A DNA stretch of 51,544 nt, counting the filler, from Actinobacteria bacterium UBA7524 (GTDB lineage: Bacteria; Actinomycetota; Coriobacteriia; Anaerosomatales; UBA912), in the NCBI GenBank assembly GCA_002478275.1. It is 5 parts of 5 records of this genome, joined end to end, with 100 filler letters (N's around TTAATTAATTAA, not from the genome) between each part and the next. Parts side by side here need not be neighbours in the genome. Positions count along the whole stretch, not along the records: positions 45,823 to 51,544 come from DLMY01000032.1; 4 more parts are not named here. One strand, given 5' to 3'. Positions 48,820-51,544 of the stretch are shown here, piece by piece. A model generated the notes under the pieces. It was not told the origin of the DNA, did not search any database, and worked only from the letters and a program-made list of their open reading frames with translations. Positions within the stretch are counted from its first letter, which is position 1, and every line of letters starts with the position of its first letter. The position numbers were made by a program, and so were the translations under genes.

Positions 48820-49457
48820 ATGCCCAACGAGAACGGTCAGAAGAGCCTCGCCATGGTGGTGATGAGCGGCGACATGGACAAGTTGTTCGGCGCTTTCATC
48901 ATCGCGAACGGCGCGGCCGCGATGGGCATGGAGGTGACGATGTTNNNNNNNNNNNNNNNNNNNNNNNNNNNNNNNNNNNNNNNNNNNNNNNNNNNNNNNN
49001 NNNNNNNNNNNNNNNNNNNNNNNNNNNNNNNNNNNNNNNNNNNNNNNNNNNNNNNNNNNNNNNNNNNNNNNNNNNNNNNNNNNNNNNNNNNNNNNNNTTC
49101 ACCTTCTGGGGCCTGCGCGCCATCAAGAAGAACGTGAGCACGGGCAAGACGCTGTTCGGCAGGATGCTGGGCGCACTGTACGGCGGCGACATCACCAAGG
49201 CCAACCCGTCCAAGTTCAGCTTCGGCGGCATGGGCCGCTGGATGTTCGGCAAGATGATGGGCGCCCATAACGTGTCGAAGCTCATCGAACTGCGCGACCT
49301 GGCGCTGCAGCTCGGCGTGAACATGTACGGCTGCCAGATGTCGATGGACGTCATGGAGATCCCGCAGGATGCGTTCATCGATGGCGTGCAGGAGCCGGTG
49401 GGTGTCGGCTTCTTCCTGATGAAGGCGCAGGACGCCGAGATCCAGCTGTTCATCTAA
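48820..49457 (+). CDS. DsrE2/DsrE-family sulfur relay protein (N gap inside)
   Basis: VVMSGDMDK..AFIIANGAAAMG.EVTMF/FTFWGL, SKF.FGGMG, YGCQMSMDVM, VGVG.FL...A....LFI. Confidence 0.9.
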
Positions 49458-49547
49458 GCACGGAAGTACCCGCGGCCATCACTGGCCGCGGTATGCCAAG
49501 GACCGCGCACAGCCGGGTGACGCGGCCAGAAAACGAAGGGAACCACC

Positions 49548-49790
49548 ATGTCTGACGACGTCAAGGTCGACCTCGAACTCGATCTCAAGGGCCTGCTCTG
49601 TCCGCTCCCGATGGTCAAGGTCAGCCAGAACATCACCAGCGTGCCTGTGGGCGGCGTGATCCGCGCTGTCGCAACGGACCCCGGGGCGATGGCCGACATC
49701 CCCGCGTGGGCCAAGAGCACCGGCAACGAGGTCCTCTCGGCCGAGAAGGAAGGCACTGAGTTCGTCTTCCTCGTCAAGCGCGTCAAGTAG
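49548..49790 (+). CDS. tusA: TusA-family sulfurtransferase
   Basis: LDLKGLLCPLP, ATDPGAMADIPAW. Confidence 0.92.
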   Translation: MSDDVKVDLELDLKGLLCPLPMVKVSQNITSVPVGGVIRAVATDPGAMADIPAWAKSTGNEVLSAEKEGTEFVFLVKRVK

Positions 49791-49809
49791 CGAGAGGACA
49801 CCCGATCAG

Positions 49810-50529
49810 ATGGATACCTATCTCCAGATCACCTCGGTGATAGGTGTGTACGTCGCGGGCGTGGTGTTCGTGGCGGGGATGGCGTGGCGCGTCTACCAGT
49901 GGGCGACCACCCCCAAGTCCCCGGTACGGCTCGGCATGTTCCCCAAGCCCGCCACCCGCGGCGGACGCATCGCCAAGATGCTCAAAGACACGTTCATCGC
50001 GCCACAGTCCGCCGCGATCGAGCCGAGGATGTGGCTGTTCGCGATGGTCTTCCACGTTGCCGCTCTCGCCGCATTCATCGGCCACCTGCGGCTCGTACAG
50101 GAGTTCCCCGTGCTGCCGTCACTTCTCGGCGAGGAGGGCATGAACAGCTTCGCCGGCTGGGCAGGCGGGATCGCGGGCGTCCTTATGATGGTCGCAGTCA
50201 TGTACTGGATCGCGCGGCGAACCTTCGGGCCGTTCAAGAACCTTTCGGTGCCCGAGGACTACCTGCTGCTCGCGCTGCTGTTCGGCATCATCATCATGGG
50301 CAACCACATGCGGTTCTTCGGGCATGTGCATGCAGCCGAGTACCGCGAGTGGTTCCAGAGCCTGCTGCTCTTGAAGCCCCACGTACCCGACGCGATCCGC
50401 ACCAGTAACGTGGGCTGGTCGCTCGGCACGCACATGCTGTTCGTGAACCTGTTCCTGATCTACTTCCCGTTCAGCAAGCTCGTGCACGCCGTGGGCTCGC
50501 TGTCGGCCAACTTCGTGAGGAGTGAGTAG
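49810..50529 (+). CDS. DsrM/NarI-like membrane b-type cytochrome
   Basis: Five TM helices, FH......GHLR, HM..V...L.YFPFSKLVH. Confidence 0.88.
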   Translation: MDTYLQITSVIGVYVAGVVFVAGMAWRVYQWATTPKSPVRLGMFPKPATRGGRIAKMLKDTFIAPQSAAIEPRMWLFAMVFHVAALAAFIGHLRLVQEFPVLPSLLGEEGMNSFAGWAGGIAGVLMMVAVMYWIARRTFGPFKNLSVPEDYLLLALLFGIIIMGNHMRFFGHVHAAEYREWFQSLLLLKPHVPDAIRTSNVGWSLGTHMLFVNLFLIYFPFSKLVHAVGSLSANFVRSE

Positions 50530-50531
50530 CC

Positions 50532-51544
50532 GTGGACGCGACGCAGCTCTCCACCCTCACCGGCGTCATCGACAAGAAGATGAACCGGCAGCTCAAGCAG
50601 TACCTCGACATCTGCGCCCGCTGCGCGATCTGCAAGGACGCGTGCCATCAGTACGTGGCAACCGGTGACTTCACGTACCTGCCCGCGCGGCGCGCGGAGC
50701 TCATCCGCCAGGTCTACAAGAAGTACTTCACCAAGAGCGGCGAGTTCGTTCCCGCGCTGTACGAGGCGCGCGATCCGGACGAGAACCTGCTCGACGAGCT
50801 CTACGAGTCCACCTACGCCTGCACCGGTTGCCGACGCTGCATGTACTACTGCCCGTTCTCCATCGACACCGCATGGATCCTGTCGGTCGCCAAGGCGCTT
50901 CTGATCGCGGCCGGACGTGGCAATGAGATGCTCGGTCAGCTCGCGGACGCCGCCATCTTCAAGGCGGACAACTTCGAGATGTTCCGGGACGTGATCGTAA
51001 GCGGCTTCAAGGACATCGAAGCCGAGCTCAAGACGCTCACCGGAGACCCCTCGGCGGAGATCCCGGTGGACAAGCAGGGGGCCGACATCCTCTACGTGGC
51101 CCTCGCCGGCGCACACAGCATCCTGCCCGCCGCGGCGATCTTCCACCAGGCCGGGGCAAGCTGGACGCTGTCGATGTTCGAGTCGGCCAACTACGGCTTC
51201 TTCCTCGGCGATGCCGAGAAAGCCCGCAAGATCGCGGACCGCTTCATGGACGAGGCGTTGCGCCTCGGCGTGAAGGAGGTCGTGATCACCGAGTGCGGCC
51301 ATGCCTACCGGGTGGCCAACATCTTCCACGAGGCGTGGACGGGAGCGAAGCACCCGTTCCGTGTGCGCCACATCCTGGAGGTGATCGACGAGTACCTGAA
51401 GACCGACCGCATCACGCTGAGTCGCCGAATCGATGCTCCCGTCACCTACCACGACCCATGTCAGGTAGGCCGCAACGGCGGCATCTTCGAGCAGCCGCGC
51501 GACATCGTGCGGGCGGTAGCCTCCGACTTCCGCGACATGACGCC
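50532..51544 (+). CDS. DsrK/HdrD-like Fe-S oxidoreductase, 3'-truncated (not in ORF track)
   Basis: Hand translation: LDICARCAICKDACH, CTGCRRCMYYCPFSID, ECGHAYR, VTYHDPCQVGRNGG. Confidence 0.88.
   Translation, partial: MDATQLSTLTGVIDKKMNRQLKQYLDICARCAICKDACHQYVATGDFTYLPARRAELIRQVYKKYFTKSGEFVPALYEARDPDENLLDELYESTYACTGCRRCMYYCPFSIDTAWILSVAKALLIAAGRGNEMLGQLADAAIFKADNFEMFRDVIVSGFKDIEAELKTLTGDPSAEIPVDKQGADILYVALAGAHSILPAAAIFHQAGASWTLSMFESANYGFFLGDAEKARKIADRFMDEALRLGVKEVVITECGHAYRVANIFHEAWTGAKHPFRVRHILEVIDEYLKTDRITLSRRIDAPVTYHDPCQVGRNGGIFEQPRDIVRAVASDFRDMT

Overview
The window is a concatenation of five contigs joined by artificial N-TTAATTAATTAA-N linkers (8696, 15911, 30016, 45767). It comes from a high-GC anaerobe, most likely Actinomycetota/Coriobacteriia (inferred from RpoB/RpoC features and gene content). 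Contig 1 (1-8651) is an accessory element bounded by a 22-bp inverted repeat resembling IS256-type termini, with a tRNA-Glu-like 3' fragment (att-like) at one end. It carries a tightly coupled minus-strand 8-gene operon: radical SAM/SPASM enzyme, PqqD/RRE, an unannotated 46-aa precursor peptide ending CRQCSSCHGCR, a helical-repeat protein, an MBL-fold hydrolase, a prenyltransferase-repeat protein, an AsnB-type amidotransferase and a GT4-like glycosyltransferase. This is the best candidate for an undescribed RiPP system. Contig 2 holds a partial 23S rRNA with a 752-nt group I intron at E. coli position 1923 encoding an I-CeuI-like LAGLIDADG endonuclease, then 5S rRNA, nifU, NrdR-boxed nrdJ and dcd. 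Contig 3 holds a chagasin-family lipoprotein, an FdhE-like protein, a Liv ABC transporter, an ATP-grasp protein, a PAS histidine kinase and ornithine-oxidation genes (ord, ortA). Contig 4 is the tuf-rpmG-tRNA-Trp-secE-nusG-rplKAJL-rpoBC-rpsLG-fusA-tuf core cluster, in which beta-prime carries an alphaCTD-like tail. Contig 5 holds CheR-TPR/DUF4388 chemosensory genes and a divergent ArsR-DsrE-TusA-DsrM-like-DsrK-like sulfur-handling operon. All calls are by eye, and no database searches were run.
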